This document shows, one piece after another, positions 38,409 through 48,331 of a DNA stretch of 64,000 nt. The position numbers and the translations under genes were made by a program. The DNA lies in the NCBI GenBank assembly GCA_001770205.1, contig MEQL01000054.1:1-64000 (forward strand), read 5' to 3'. The stretch comes from Bdellovibrionales bacterium RIFOXYD12_FULL_39_22 (GTDB lineage Bacteria > Bdellovibrionota > Bacteriovoracia > Bacteriovoracales > Bacteriovoracaceae). The stretch's first letter is position 1. Each line of letters begins with the position of its first letter. The notes below the pieces were generated by a model. The model worked only from the letters and a program-made list of their open reading frames with translations. It was not told where the DNA came from and made no database searches.

Positions 38409-39272
38409 ATGAGTTATTACGGTTATTGGCCCAAATATGTTTCGGTGAGAGAAAAGCAAAAAAAGGCGGCGGATACTATAAAAAAACTTCAAAAAAAGGG
38501 AGAGAAGATCACCCCAATTACCATCGAAGGAAAAAAAATTGCAAATACCTTCTGGGGAAAAGCTTGGTGTGAACATTTGGAATCTTTTAGTGATTACGCT
38601 AACCGTCTGCCACGCGGAAGAAGTTATGTGAAAAATGGATATGTTGTTCACTTAGGAATACGAGCAGGCGAGATTAATGCTCTTGTGCAAGGATCGTCTT
38701 TATATCGCGTTAGCATTTCAATCACGGCCACGGCCAAGAAGAGATGGGAGCAAATTGTCAAAAGCTGTGTCGGTAAAATTGATTCACTCCTTGATCTGTT
38801 ACATGGAAAATTGTCCAAATCTGTAATGGAGGTAATGACGCATAAACAAGATGGCCTTTTTCCAAGGCCTAAAGAGATCGAGCTTAGTTGCTCGTGTCCA
38901 GATGGCGCTTATATGTGCAAGCATGTTGCAGCCGTCATGTATGGTGTTGGTGCTAAATTTGACAATGAACCGGAATTACTTTTTTTACTAAGACAAGTTG
39001 ATCAGGCCGATTTGATCGCGCAAGCAACAAAAGCACCGGCAATGGCAATTACTGCTAAGTCCAAGTCTGATATTAGTGATCAAAATTTGCAAAATATTTT
39101 TGGAATTGAAATCGATACTGGTAATTTTACTGCCGACGATAATCACAACAAGGGTTCTCCTATTGTGCCACATGTTGCAAAAAAGAATGTGACAAAAAAG
39201 GCCGCGAAAAAGTCTCCCAAGAAAATTGTAAAAAAGGGATCTCATAAAAAGCCTAAGAAAGGACGGCCCTAA
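38409..39272 (+). CDS. SWIM zinc-finger protein (YwqB-like)
   Basis: NRLPRGRSY, GLFP...EI..SCSCPD...MCKHVAAV.YGVG; Lys-rich tail. Confidence 0.9.
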   Translation: MSYYGYWPKYVSVREKQKKAADTIKKLQKKGEKITPITIEGKKIANTFWGKAWCEHLESFSDYANRLPRGRSYVKNGYVVHLGIRAGEINALVQGSSLYRVSISITATAKKRWEQIVKSCVGKIDSLLDLLHGKLSKSVMEVMTHKQDGLFPRPKEIELSCSCPDGAYMCKHVAAVMYGVGAKFDNEPELLFLLRQVDQADLIAQATKAPAMAITAKSKSDISDQNLQNIFGIEIDTGNFTADDNHNKGSPIVPHVAKKNVTKKAAKKSPKKIVKKGSHKKPKKGRP

Positions 39273-39985
39273 GCATTACTTTCAAAAATGGCACTGCCAA
39301 CTCTTAAATAATCACTTCCATGGGCAATGGCGATTTTATAGTCGTTGCTCATTCCCATGGAAAGTTTCAATGAAATATCTACTCCCAGCTCTTGCCGTGC
39401 ACGCATCTGTATCTGCTGACGAATCGCCACCAATTGAGCAAAAGAACTATTCGCATCCTTTACAAAATCATCTGTTCTGATTTTTCCAATCGTCATTAGT
39501 CCGGTCAAGTGAAACTTACGGTGTCCGGCCGATGCATATTCTTGCGCCAGCTTTACACATTGAAAAATTTCATTCAGAGAGTCCATTCCAAATTTTTCTT
39601 TCTCTTCAGAAGTATTGGCCTGTAAAAAGTAGGCCAACGCTTTTCCATCAAAACTGGCGGCCTTTCCCAACAACATCTCCAACTGTTTAAAAGAATCGAT
39701 AGAGTGAATCATCGCTAAATTTTTAATCTTAAGTAGATTATTTATTTTATTCGATTGCAAGTGGCCAATAAAGTGCCAACGAATATCCTCTTTATCCGCA
39801 AAATAAGTCGCCTTGCGGGCCAAGTCCAAAACGCGACTTTCTCCAAAATCTCGTTGGCCGGCCTGATATGCATAGTTAATTTCTAATTCGGTTGCGTATT
39901 TAGAAACCGCAATCAAAGAAACTGTTGAGGGAATTTCTTGGCGAATGGCCAAAAGATTGTCGTAAATTTTATTTGCCAAGCTCAT
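39269..39985 (-). CDS. yggS: PLP homeostasis protein (YggS family)
   Basis: LIAVSK, GQRDFGE, WHFIGHLQSNK, HSIDS, GLMTI, LSMGMSNDY..AI..GS..LRVGSAIF. Confidence 0.93.
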   Translation of the reverse strand: MSLANKIYDNLLAIRQEIPSTVSLIAVSKYATELEINYAYQAGQRDFGESRVLDLARKATYFADKEDIRWHFIGHLQSNKINNLLKIKNLAMIHSIDSFKQLEMLLGKAASFDGKALAYFLQANTSEEKEKFGMDSLNEIFQCVKLAQEYASAGHRKFHLTGLMTIGKIRTDDFVKDANSSFAQLVAIRQQIQMRARQELGVDISLKLSMGMSNDYKIAIAHGSDYLRVGSAIFESNA

Positions 39986-40343
39986 CGTCTGCATCGGCCG
40001 CGACATCTTGGCCATTTTTTGGAATGAACTTTAGATCCGCCTGAATTTTAATATCATATTTTTCAATTAAGTGATCGGCCAAAATACGCACATCCATTTT
40101 GTCCAGATAAGAGCGAACCTCTTCTCGCACCGACTTTGTAAAGTCGGCCTTGGCGGTTTTAGCATTTTGCATAAGCCCATTTAAAATATCTTTGGGCAGT
40201 GGGATATCCGCCAACAAACCTTTGACGGCATCTTCGGTCATAAATGCCGCACCTACGCCAATAGAGACAACTTTTTTAATAGCATCTCCAAGCAATGATT
40301 CTTTACTTGAACTACCACTTTCCTCTTTTTTCTTATTTATCAT
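39969..40343 (-). CDS. conserved hypothetical protein
   Basis: Coupled in an operon between the SRPBCC gene and yggS; GVGAAFMTED motif. Confidence 0.75.
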   Translation of the reverse strand: MINKKKEESGSSSKESLLGDAIKKVVSIGVGAAFMTEDAVKGLLADIPLPKDILNGLMQNAKTAKADFTKSVREEVRSYLDKMDVRILADHLIEKYDIKIQADLKFIPKNGQDVAADADDELGK

Positions 40344-40762
40344 TTTCCGGCCCTCTTGAAATATGACTGCATCATCGATGGCAAATTAGACGAAACCAAT
40401 TTGTTTACTAACATCTTAGGAACGAATCCCTTAAAATCTACATCTATGCTGTAGGTAACCTCTGTTTTGCCGTTACCTAAATCCTTCAGCTTCCATGAGC
40501 CGTTATTGTGTTTAAAAATATCACCTGATTTTAGCGACCACTCTACTTTTTTATTGGGCGTCTGCTTCATCTGTAAAATATAAGAAAATGTTTTAATTAA
40601 ATTCAGATCAAATTGCACCTCTAGAGAGTCACCTTTTTGTGATAGAATTTTAATCTCACTAACTCCATCTACAAATTCCGGATAAGAATTATAGTCTGTT
40701 ATTACCTTATAAAATAATTCTGGGGTTGTATTGTAAATCTCTGTCCGCTCGACGGTAGGCAT
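40340..40762 (-). CDS. SRPBCC/polyketide cyclase (RatA/Coq10-like) protein
   Basis: VI.DY.SYPEFV..V; W.L.SGD.FK.N.GSW.L. Confidence 0.85.
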   Translation of the reverse strand: MPTVERTEIYNTTPELFYKVITDYNSYPEFVDGVSEIKILSQKGDSLEVQFDLNLIKTFSYILQMKQTPNKKVEWSLKSGDIFKHNNGSWKLKDLGNGKTEVTYSIDVDFKGFVPKMLVNKLVSSNLPSMMQSYFKRAGK

Positions 40763-40774
40763 ATTATCTCTCCT

Positions 40775-41494
40775 TTAATTATTATATGTTAATTTCATGT
40801 TCATAAAATCCAAGGCCGCACCACTTAAATATTCTTGGGGAATGCCGCCAATAATTTGAAGTACCGATCCTATGTATTCTTTCGAAATTAAATCATCTAT
40901 TTCAAACATGATTTCATCCTCGGCCATAAGAGGTGTGTCATGATCTCTAAATTTTAAAATTTGCCCAGTCTTAATTCCAACTCCGTCTTGCCACTCTACA
41001 AATCGATTCATCATGATAATTTGAAATTTAGAAAACTCTCCATCTGAATGTTGCCAAATAAAAACTTCGAAGGGAGCATCGGCACGCAACCAAAATCGCA
41101 AATTAGGGGGAAGCTCCAAACCCATATCCTCAATATGCAACGGACGAATACCGGCCAAAATATTATCCACCGAAAGAAACTCTTGAAGCGCTCGCCTACC
41201 ATTGCCATCTTGCTCAAAACGTAAACCCAAGCGTCGTCCCTTTGCCCACTTTACCACGCCCGAAATTGGCAAGATACTACCACGCCAATAGATCTCGCCG
41301 GCAATTTTATCGTTTACAACATATTGGTGGCCTCCATCTTTGAGGCATAGTTGCATTCCAGTATATGAGATATCTTTGATCTCAAATTTTTGTCCTTTAT
41401 CGCGAAAGATAAGATAGGAGAATGGGAATCTGGGAAGTATTCTTTTTTCCACCGTCTTATAATCTGTTTTAATCAAATTGAATTGTCTCTCCAT
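40775..41494 (-). CDS. PilZ domain protein
   Basis: EKRILPRF (RxxxR) and DISYTG (DxSxxG) c-di-GMP-binding motifs. Confidence 0.85.
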   Translation of the reverse strand: MERQFNLIKTDYKTVEKRILPRFPFSYLIFRDKGQKFEIKDISYTGMQLCLKDGGHQYVVNDKIAGEIYWRGSILPISGVVKWAKGRRLGLRFEQDGNGRRALQEFLSVDNILAGIRPLHIEDMGLELPPNLRFWLRADAPFEVFIWQHSDGEFSKFQIIMMNRFVEWQDGVGIKTGQILKFRDHDTPLMAEDEIMFEIDDLISKEYIGSVLQIIGGIPQEYLSGAALDFMNMKLTYNN

Positions 41495-41662
41495 TTCTCT
41501 CCTCCTAACAACGCGGCCTGCGTTTTTTTGCTTTTCTTTACCTTCAAATTATAGAGGAAAATGGAAAAATTTATTAGAGAGCAAATATGTTCAGATTCCA
41601 TTTGCCAAAATATATTTTCCATGAATTATATAACTAATAAATTTGTATCATCGAGGGTAATT

Positions 41663-42394
41663 GTGGAGCAAAAAACTCAAGCAGACTCCGAGTGGGCCAT
41701 TGACAATCTCCCAAATCGCTTAACTATTTTTCGCATAACCCTTATTCCGGTTATCGTTGCTTCGTTACATCTTGCTCACTCCGGAGATGGTTGGTTTAAA
41801 GCACATTCTTTGGCATTTGGTTATCTGGCAGCTTGGACTTTTGTAATCGCGGCCATCACTGATTTTTTTGATGGATATATTGCCCGCACTCGAAAACTAA
41901 CTACTATTTTTGGCTCTTTTTTAGACCCTATCGCAGACAAACTGTTGGTTGTTTCTTCTTTGATCATACTACTTGAGTTGGATCGCATCCCCGTCTTGCT
42001 GGTTATAATTTTAGTAGTCCGCGAATTCTACATGACCTCGCTACGCCTTTTGGCCATTGAAAAAGGACTTTCCGTTCCTGTTTCCTCCTTAGGAAAATGG
42101 AAAACTACCACTCAAATGATTGGCATCCCGCTATTAATGGCCAATGATACCGTCTGGTTTTTACCTATGAATTTAGTCGGTACTATTGCCATATATATCG
42201 CTTCTTTTTTGTCTATCTACTCCGCGCTAGATTACTCCCTTGGTATATTGAAAAAATTTAAACATAAGATTGATGCCGAAAAGCTGGCACCACTTATGGC
42301 ATTAAAAGAAAAAATTAAACACAAAAAAAATCGTAAACGCCTGCCGACAGAAAGTGAGTTAAATAGCGATATCGAAACCGCAGATGATGAATAA
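41663..42394 (+). CDS. pgsA: CDP-diacylglycerol--glycerol-3-phosphate 3-phosphatidyltransferase
   Basis: NLPN.LT.FRI, TDFFDGYIAR.....T.FG.FLDPIADK, GKWKT..QM; GTG start assumed from RBS. Confidence 0.92.
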   Translation: MEQKTQADSEWAIDNLPNRLTIFRITLIPVIVASLHLAHSGDGWFKAHSLAFGYLAAWTFVIAAITDFFDGYIARTRKLTTIFGSFLDPIADKLLVVSSLIILLELDRIPVLLVIILVVREFYMTSLRLLAIEKGLSVPVSSLGKWKTTTQMIGIPLLMANDTVWFLPMNLVGTIAIYIASFLSIYSALDYSLGILKKFKHKIDAEKLAPLMALKEKIKHKKNRKRLPTESELNSDIETADDE

Positions 42395-42408
42395 TTTCTC
42401 TACTTGCC

Positions 42409-42463
42409 AGTTATCAGCAAACTGATAACTAGTCTTGACCAGTTATCAGTTTGCTGATAACAT
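42409..42463 (+). promoter_or_regulatory. nested palindromic operator pair over a sigma70-like promoter
   Basis: AGTTATCAG-caaa-CTGATAACT and AGTTATCAG-tttg-CTGATAAC flank TTGACC; TAACAT 17 bp downstream. Confidence 0.75.
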
Positions 42464-42474
42464 AATCATCGATC

Positions 42475-43656
42475 ATGAACCAGCAAAGATATATACAAGA
42501 CAGCATAAAAAACGATGCCCTGGCCGAAAAAAAAATGGCCTTTCTCTCTGGGCCACGGCAGGTGGGTAAAACGACATTGGCAAAAAGCTTCCTTACAGAC
42601 AAGGCCTCAAATTTTTTTTCATGGGATCAACAATCATTTAGAAAACAGTGGGTAAAATCCCCGGAGATGGCCATTGCAAATCGAAACACCGGCCCAATCA
42701 TCCTTGATGAAATTCATAAAGACCGCAATTGGAAAAATCGCCTTAAAGGCATTTATGACACCGAGGGAGAACTCCTTGAAATAGTTGTTACGGGAAGTGC
42801 TCGCCTGGATATTTTTCGTAAAGGCGCTGATAGTTTATTGGGCCGCTACATTCCTTATCGCATTCATCCGTTAAGCGTTTCTGAAAATACCTCTCCACCA
42901 TTGCCCCATCTCCTTTTTGAAAAAAAGAAGGTTTCATTCCCATTGAAAGATCTGCTTAGACTTGGTGGATTTCCCGAACCTCTCCTGCGCGGAGAAGAAT
43001 CAAAGGCCTTGCGCTGGAGCAGATTACGTCTTGATCGATTAGTTAATGAGGACAGTCGTGACTTAAAAAATATTTCCGATCTGCAAACATTCCGCCTAAT
43101 GCTAGATATAATCCCTAGTAAAATTGGGTCCATTTTTTCGATCAACTCTATGCGTGAAGATCTTAGCGTGGCCTACGCAACCTTGCGTGACTGGGTTCAT
43201 CTTTCGGCCGCACTATATTACGGATTTTTTGTTAAACCATATTCAAAGTCTATTACTCGCGCACTACGATCCGAACCGAAATTCTACCTATACGATATTT
43301 TGCAAGTAGAAGGGGAAGCTTCTCGCTTGGAAAATTTAACAGCTCTTCATCTTTTAAAGTCCTGTCATTTTTGGACTGATACCGCACAAGGATATTTTGA
43401 CCTACACTTTGTTCGTAACAAAGAAAAACAAGAAGTAGATTTTTTAGTCACCAAAGACAAGCACCCGTGGATGCTTGTTGAATGTAAGTCTAATGATCGT
43501 AATCCAAATAAAAACTTAATTCTCTTCGGCCAAGCACTAAATCCTAAACATAAAATCCAGCTTATTACTGGCCCCAACACAACCTATAATCGCAACTACC
43601 CCGCACACGGGATCACTGTAATGCATTACCAAGAATTTTTCTCCCATCTTGTCTAA
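42475..43656 (+). CDS. AAA_14 ATPase with DUF4143 domain
   Basis: GPRQVGKTT, LDEIHK, TGSA, GGFPE, PKFYLYD, EVDF...LVECK. Confidence 0.9.
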   Translation: MNQQRYIQDSIKNDALAEKKMAFLSGPRQVGKTTLAKSFLTDKASNFFSWDQQSFRKQWVKSPEMAIANRNTGPIILDEIHKDRNWKNRLKGIYDTEGELLEIVVTGSARLDIFRKGADSLLGRYIPYRIHPLSVSENTSPPLPHLLFEKKKVSFPLKDLLRLGGFPEPLLRGEESKALRWSRLRLDRLVNEDSRDLKNISDLQTFRLMLDIIPSKIGSIFSINSMREDLSVAYATLRDWVHLSAALYYGFFVKPYSKSITRALRSEPKFYLYDILQVEGEASRLENLTALHLLKSCHFWTDTAQGYFDLHFVRNKEKQEVDFLVTKDKHPWMLVECKSNDRNPNKNLILFGQALNPKHKIQLITGPNTTYNRNYPAHGITVMHYQEFFSHLV

Positions 43657-43687
43657 TTTAGCGATCTAATTAGCAATCACGTCGCCC

Positions 43688-46078
43688 TCAGCGGCCAGTT
43701 ATCATTCTTTTTAACAATACCGGCCTAGCAATTTCTGGATTATCGGCCCAATGGTGACGAGGATAGTCGCGTTCCAACTCTCGTTTCATTTGCAAATATC
43801 CCACCCGCCAAAAACTTTGCAAATCTTGAGTTATTTGTACTGCTCGCTTATGAGGGCCCAGTAAGCGAACTGTGAGTCGCAAACGCCCCTGGGCCACAGA
43901 AGGGGTCTCTTTTAATCCGTAAAAATCTTGAATATAACCTTCGACCCAGGGGTTTTGCTCATAGTGAATTGGTAGCACTCGCCTGTCCGTTAAAGTAAGC
44001 ATCGCTGGTAAATTCTCTCTTAACGGATTTTGTCTTCGGGGATCAAGGAAATTTTCTAAAGCACAAGTGAAGGCCTCTAATAGTTCCTTCTCCTCATTTT
44101 CTCCCCAACTAGTGCGCATCCAGCAATAGTCGTAGGCCCACTGATCTAGTTTAAAATCATCAATTTTTTTTTGTCCAAGACCTAGTGATTCATAAACTCG
44201 ATATATGGCAAACTTCTCACTACCTAAAAAAGTGTCCAACACTTTTTTGGCCTTTTGCATAATCAGTTCGCAAATAAGTTTTTGTTTTGCATCTGATTGC
44301 TCTGCAAAAACAATATTCTTTTCACTGACAGAAAGTTGTATTTGTCCAATACAAAATTCCTCTTTTTGCATGGCCTTGCCACGGCCATCATCAAAATAAA
44401 TCTCTTGATATTCTTCAATTGGGCAAGGATCTAAATCATAAAACCACTCTTCTTCTAATGAACAAATTTTAGAGATCTCCCCTCTTCCACCTATTTCCAA
44501 TACCAACCAAAAATCACAGGCCGGATCAAAAAAAGAGTGTAGCTCTTTTCCAATTTTCAGACATTCGCCAGAGGCCAAAAGTAATTCATATTTATTACTA
44601 CGGCGAACTCTACCTATACGATCAACAAATCCTGCAAGCAGTGCTCTCTCTAGACAAAAATCAGGCCGCGCACTAATTGTAAGCTGGCCGGCCAAACCTT
44701 CTAATCGCTTGCGTAAATTTTTTTCCCGATAACCCCCTTGCCATTGTGCAAGATATGCGGCCATCTCGGAAATAGCATTTTGCCCATAATCAGCAGCGGC
44801 CAATAGGGCCCTGGCCAATCGTGGATGCAATGGAAAGCGAGAAATCTCTTCTCCGATTACTGTTAATTTACCTCCATTAGTTGCTCCTAAAGCAGCAAGT
44901 CTGGCCTGTGCTGCGCGCATCTCTACTTCCCCTGGAGATTCAAACCAATTCAATTTTTCCAACGAAATATTTAATTTAAACAGCAAAAGAAGTAGTTCTG
45001 ATAAATCTGCGCGCAAAATTTCTGGTTTATCAAAATCTGGCCTGGCCACAAAATCTTGCGGCGAATATAATCTAAACACTGTTCCAGAATTTGTGCGAGC
45101 AGCGCGGCCGGCCCGCTGAATGGCCGATGCCTTAGAGATCTCTTTGGTTACAAGCGAAGTAATTCCTGACCATTTAGAAGATATGCTCATGCGATGCAGA
45201 CCGGAATCAATCACCAAGCGAACTCCAGGAATAGTAAGTGAACTCTCGGCAATATTGGTTGAAAGAATAATTTTTCTCTTTTTCTCAGACACCATTACAG
45301 CACTCTGCTCCTGTGATGTCATCTCTCCATGCAGAATATGCAAGTCGCACCCATGCCGATTAGCTAGCCCCTCTATAAGCTCTTTAGTGGCCAAAATTTC
45401 TCGCATCCCCGGAAGAAAAACTAAAATATCTCCTTCCATCTCCAAGGCGTTAAGCATGGCCTGATAAACTTTTTTTTCTAATGAAATTTTGGCCTGTGCA
45501 GGACTATTATCTAGGTATTTAATGGCCAGCGGGAATATAGGCGTCTCAATATCAATTACTCCCAAAGATCTGAAGTAGGGTAGAAAGCGCGAGGCCTCAA
45601 TGGTAGCAGACATTAAAACTATTTTTAAATGGCGATTTAGCTCTTTTTGAATCCAATCTAAAACTGCCAAGGCCGCATCTGTCTCCAAATGTCTCTCATG
45701 AAATTCATCTAATATTACCGCCGATACATTTTCTAGTTTTGGATTTTGCTGCAAATAACGAAGAAAGGTTCCTTCGGTAAAAAAGATAAGTCGAGTATTG
45801 CTAGAAATTTTTCGCTCAAAGCGAAAACCATATCCTACTTTGTTGCCAACTTCTTCACCGATCTCTTGAGCAATTCTAGTTGCCGCAAATTTGGCCGCTA
45901 ATCTTCTCGGTTCTAAAACTAAAATAAGGCCACTGCTGTTTTGCAAAAGTGCCAGAGGAACGCGCGTAGTCTTTCCCGATCCCGCAGAAGCGCGAATCAC
46001 CAACGCATTGGTATCAGTAAATCTTTTTACAATTTCAGGAAGAAATTTATCAATTGGTAATTCGGCCGATACACCCAT
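43688..46078 (-). CDS. hrpB: ATP-dependent helicase HrpB
   Basis: GSGKTTRVP, LEPRRLAA, DEFHER, MSAT, QRAGRA.R, HPRLAR, C-terminal TQDL.SFW...Y....YPRHHW. Confidence 0.9.
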   Translation of the reverse strand: MGVSAELPIDKFLPEIVKRFTDTNALVIRASAGSGKTTRVPLALLQNSSGLILVLEPRRLAAKFAATRIAQEIGEEVGNKVGYGFRFERKISSNTRLIFFTEGTFLRYLQQNPKLENVSAVILDEFHERHLETDAALAVLDWIQKELNRHLKIVLMSATIEASRFLPYFRSLGVIDIETPIFPLAIKYLDNSPAQAKISLEKKVYQAMLNALEMEGDILVFLPGMREILATKELIEGLANRHGCDLHILHGEMTSQEQSAVMVSEKKRKIILSTNIAESSLTIPGVRLVIDSGLHRMSISSKWSGITSLVTKEISKASAIQRAGRAARTNSGTVFRLYSPQDFVARPDFDKPEILRADLSELLLLLFKLNISLEKLNWFESPGEVEMRAAQARLAALGATNGGKLTVIGEEISRFPLHPRLARALLAAADYGQNAISEMAAYLAQWQGGYREKNLRKRLEGLAGQLTISARPDFCLERALLAGFVDRIGRVRRSNKYELLLASGECLKIGKELHSFFDPACDFWLVLEIGGRGEISKICSLEEEWFYDLDPCPIEEYQEIYFDDGRGKAMQKEEFCIGQIQLSVSEKNIVFAEQSDAKQKLICELIMQKAKKVLDTFLGSEKFAIYRVYESLGLGQKKIDDFKLDQWAYDYCWMRTSWGENEEKELLEAFTCALENFLDPRRQNPLRENLPAMLTLTDRRVLPIHYEQNPWVEGYIQDFYGLKETPSVAQGRLRLTVRLLGPHKRAVQITQDLQSFWRVGYLQMKRELERDYPRHHWADNPEIARPVLLKRMITGR

Positions 46079-46109
46079 ATTCTACAATGGCCTAGGCATC
46101 AGGAATGAT

Positions 46110-46601
46110 TCAATACTGCCGGAGAGAGCTAAACTCTGCATGCTCTACCCATTCCTCTGGACGAGAGACAAACTGAACTAACTCATCCATTAAAACGTAG
46201 TGCTTATGCTCTTCGGCAGCGAACAGTTCATAGATTTTTTTGAGTTTGGAATCTTTTTCATCTTTGGCACATTTTAGATAAAACTCTTCACTCTCTTTTT
46301 CAAATTGCCGCACTTTGATATATAGGTCGGGTTGCGAAACATTTAGATCAAGTATGCTTTTTCGTTGCTTGATTGTTTTCAGAATAGATTTTGCCTCACT
46401 AATCAAATCTGACTCTATCTTTTCATGACTGCTTTTTTTCTCGAATGACTCTATGATTTTATAATGCAAGTTTTCTTGATCGGCCAACATGGTTAAAATC
46501 TTTTTTAACCCAACATTATGGGTTTCCTGTGACAACTCACGAAACAGGCCTTCCATTTTCTTTTCCCGCTCTTTTGCAAATTCAAAAATATTCATAGGCA
46601 T
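46110..46601 (-). CDS. rubrerythrin/ferritin-like protein
   Basis: FA..RE, LADQENLH, FEKESEEFY, AAEEHKH diiron-type motifs. Confidence 0.85.
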   Translation of the reverse strand: MPMNIFEFAKEREKKMEGLFRELSQETHNVGLKKILTMLADQENLHYKIIESFEKKSSHEKIESDLISEAKSILKTIKQRKSILDLNVSQPDLYIKVRQFEKESEEFYLKCAKDEKDSKLKKIYELFAAEEHKHYVLMDELVQFVSRPEEWVEHAEFSSLRQY

Positions 46602-46760
46602 AAACTATCTCCTTTAATAAATCCAGTTGGGGAGATAGTAGCACCATCTCGGCCAACTTCTCAAACACAAATCAATTTTTTTTTACCAGGCAGTTTTAAT
46701 TCCCTTACTTAAAATGTAGACTATCACCCATCTGATTTTTTAATCAAACCAGGAGTATCA

Positions 46761-47111
46761 ATGAAAATTACCACACTAAAAGAGACGGCCTCTGTGGAGA
46801 TGAAGATGGAAGGGGCGGTAAACGTCTTAAAACAAGTCCCTCTTTCTAAAAATGATGGCGCCCCCCATTTTTCTTTCCGCGTTTTTACCATTGGAATAAA
46901 TGGCCATACCCCCTATCACCAGCATGAAGTTGAACATTTAAACTACGTCATTTCTGGAAACGGGGCCTTAGTCCGCCAAGGAGGCCAAGAAACACCCATC
47001 GGCACAGGAAGTTTTGCCATGGTTTTGCCTGGTGAAATGCATCAGTATAAAAATCTATCGCAACATGAACCGCTGGTGGTTATTTGTGCCGTACCTAAAG
47101 AGTATGAATAG
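46761..47111 (+). CDS. cupin domain protein
   Basis: GHTPYHQH..EH..YVISG.G...PGE.HQY.N. Confidence 0.9.
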   Translation: MKITTLKETASVEMKMEGAVNVLKQVPLSKNDGAPHFSFRVFTIGINGHTPYHQHEVEHLNYVISGNGALVRQGGQETPIGTGSFAMVLPGEMHQYKNLSQHEPLVVICAVPKEYE

Positions 47112-47206
47112 ATTCTTCTATTTGACTGTTATTTAAAATCCTTTATAATTTTCTTAACAGTAAACTGCTGGCTTGCTGGCGCGTAACATTTAACAAGGAT
47201 GTTTTT

Positions 47207-47917
47207 ATGAATACCAGATTGGCGCTTATTTTTATTCTAACGCTTCTTTTCTCCTCTTCTGTCCTGGCCTACGGATATGGAAGCTCAGGCGGAGGCATGT
47301 TCACCTTTGGACTTGGCGGAAGCTCGGTCTCCAGCGAACAAAAAGACGTTAATAAACTGCGCGCCGATGCCAACACGCGGGAGGGAGGACTTAGTGTTAG
47401 CGATCTAGACAGCGCCCTAGAAATCAATGGAATCATCCAACTTCGTATCCCCTCTTCTATAATCGGCTTTCAAATTCGCCCTTCCTATTTTATGCAAAGC
47501 GAAGAGGGAGACGGATATGAATACTCTACCAACGGAATGAACTTTGCGGGATATTTAAAGTTGTATCCGATGGAATCAGATTTCATGCGCGTCTTCTTTC
47601 AAATGGGAGTATTATGGGGATCTCTTGACACACTGATCAAGGAAGATGATTTTCAAGTAAAGGCCTCGGGTTCTAATTTAGGATATGCTGGCGGAGTTGG
47701 TTTCGAAATTTTCTTTGACTCTCATACCATCTTTTTGGAGGCCGGATGGCGCTTTCTTCCCATTCAGCAAAACATTGTTAGCTCGATGAGTGGAACCAAA
47801 CTTAACGATGATCTCACACAAGTTACTGACAACTCTGAATTAGAATATCAAAATAAAGATTTGGAAACCAACATGTCGGGAGTTCAATTGATGCTTGGTT
47901 ATGGAATTTCCTTCTAA
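47207..47917 (+). CDS. outer-membrane beta-barrel protein
   Basis: Signal peptide, alternating amphipathic strands, terminal LGYGISF. Confidence 0.75.
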   Translation: MNTRLALIFILTLLFSSSVLAYGYGSSGGGMFTFGLGGSSVSSEQKDVNKLRADANTREGGLSVSDLDSALEINGIIQLRIPSSIIGFQIRPSYFMQSEEGDGYEYSTNGMNFAGYLKLYPMESDFMRVFFQMGVLWGSLDTLIKEDDFQVKASGSNLGYAGGVGFEIFFDSHTIFLEAGWRFLPIQQNIVSSMSGTKLNDDLTQVTDNSELEYQNKDLETNMSGVQLMLGYGISF

Positions 47918-47946
47918 TTTGCCAGCTTGCAAGATTTTAACAAACG

Positions 47947-48234
47947 ATGAACGAGGCAACTAAAAAGTGTCCCTTTTGCGCAGAGGAAATCAAGGCCCAG
48001 GCGGTTGTCTGCAAGCATTGCAAATCCAATTTAGAAGAAATAGAAGAAGAGACGGACACCACCCAGACAGTTCCTAGTTTTTTCGTTAGAGTTAAGCGCT
48101 TAATTTTTGGCCAAACCTCCGTAACAGATTTCAAAGATCGCACTATTAGTCGCTACATTCTAGATAAGCGTAAAGAGAAAACGGCAAATATTTCTTACCA
48201 AAACAAAAAAGAAGGCCAAGGGCCAGAAAATTAA
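47947..48234 (+). CDS. zinc-ribbon domain protein
   Basis: KKCPFCAEEIKAQAVVCKHC. Confidence 0.75.
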   Translation: MNEATKKCPFCAEEIKAQAVVCKHCKSNLEEIEEETDTTQTVPSFFVRVKRLIFGQTSVTDFKDRTISRYILDKRKEKTANISYQNKKEGQGPEN

Positions 48235-48331
48235 AAGAATAAGACGCGGCAAACAGTACCTCTTGCCCATAAAACATTAGTAGGTGTAAAATGTTTAGGG
48301 ATGCGCTTAGCTTTATCATGAGGGGTTTTCC

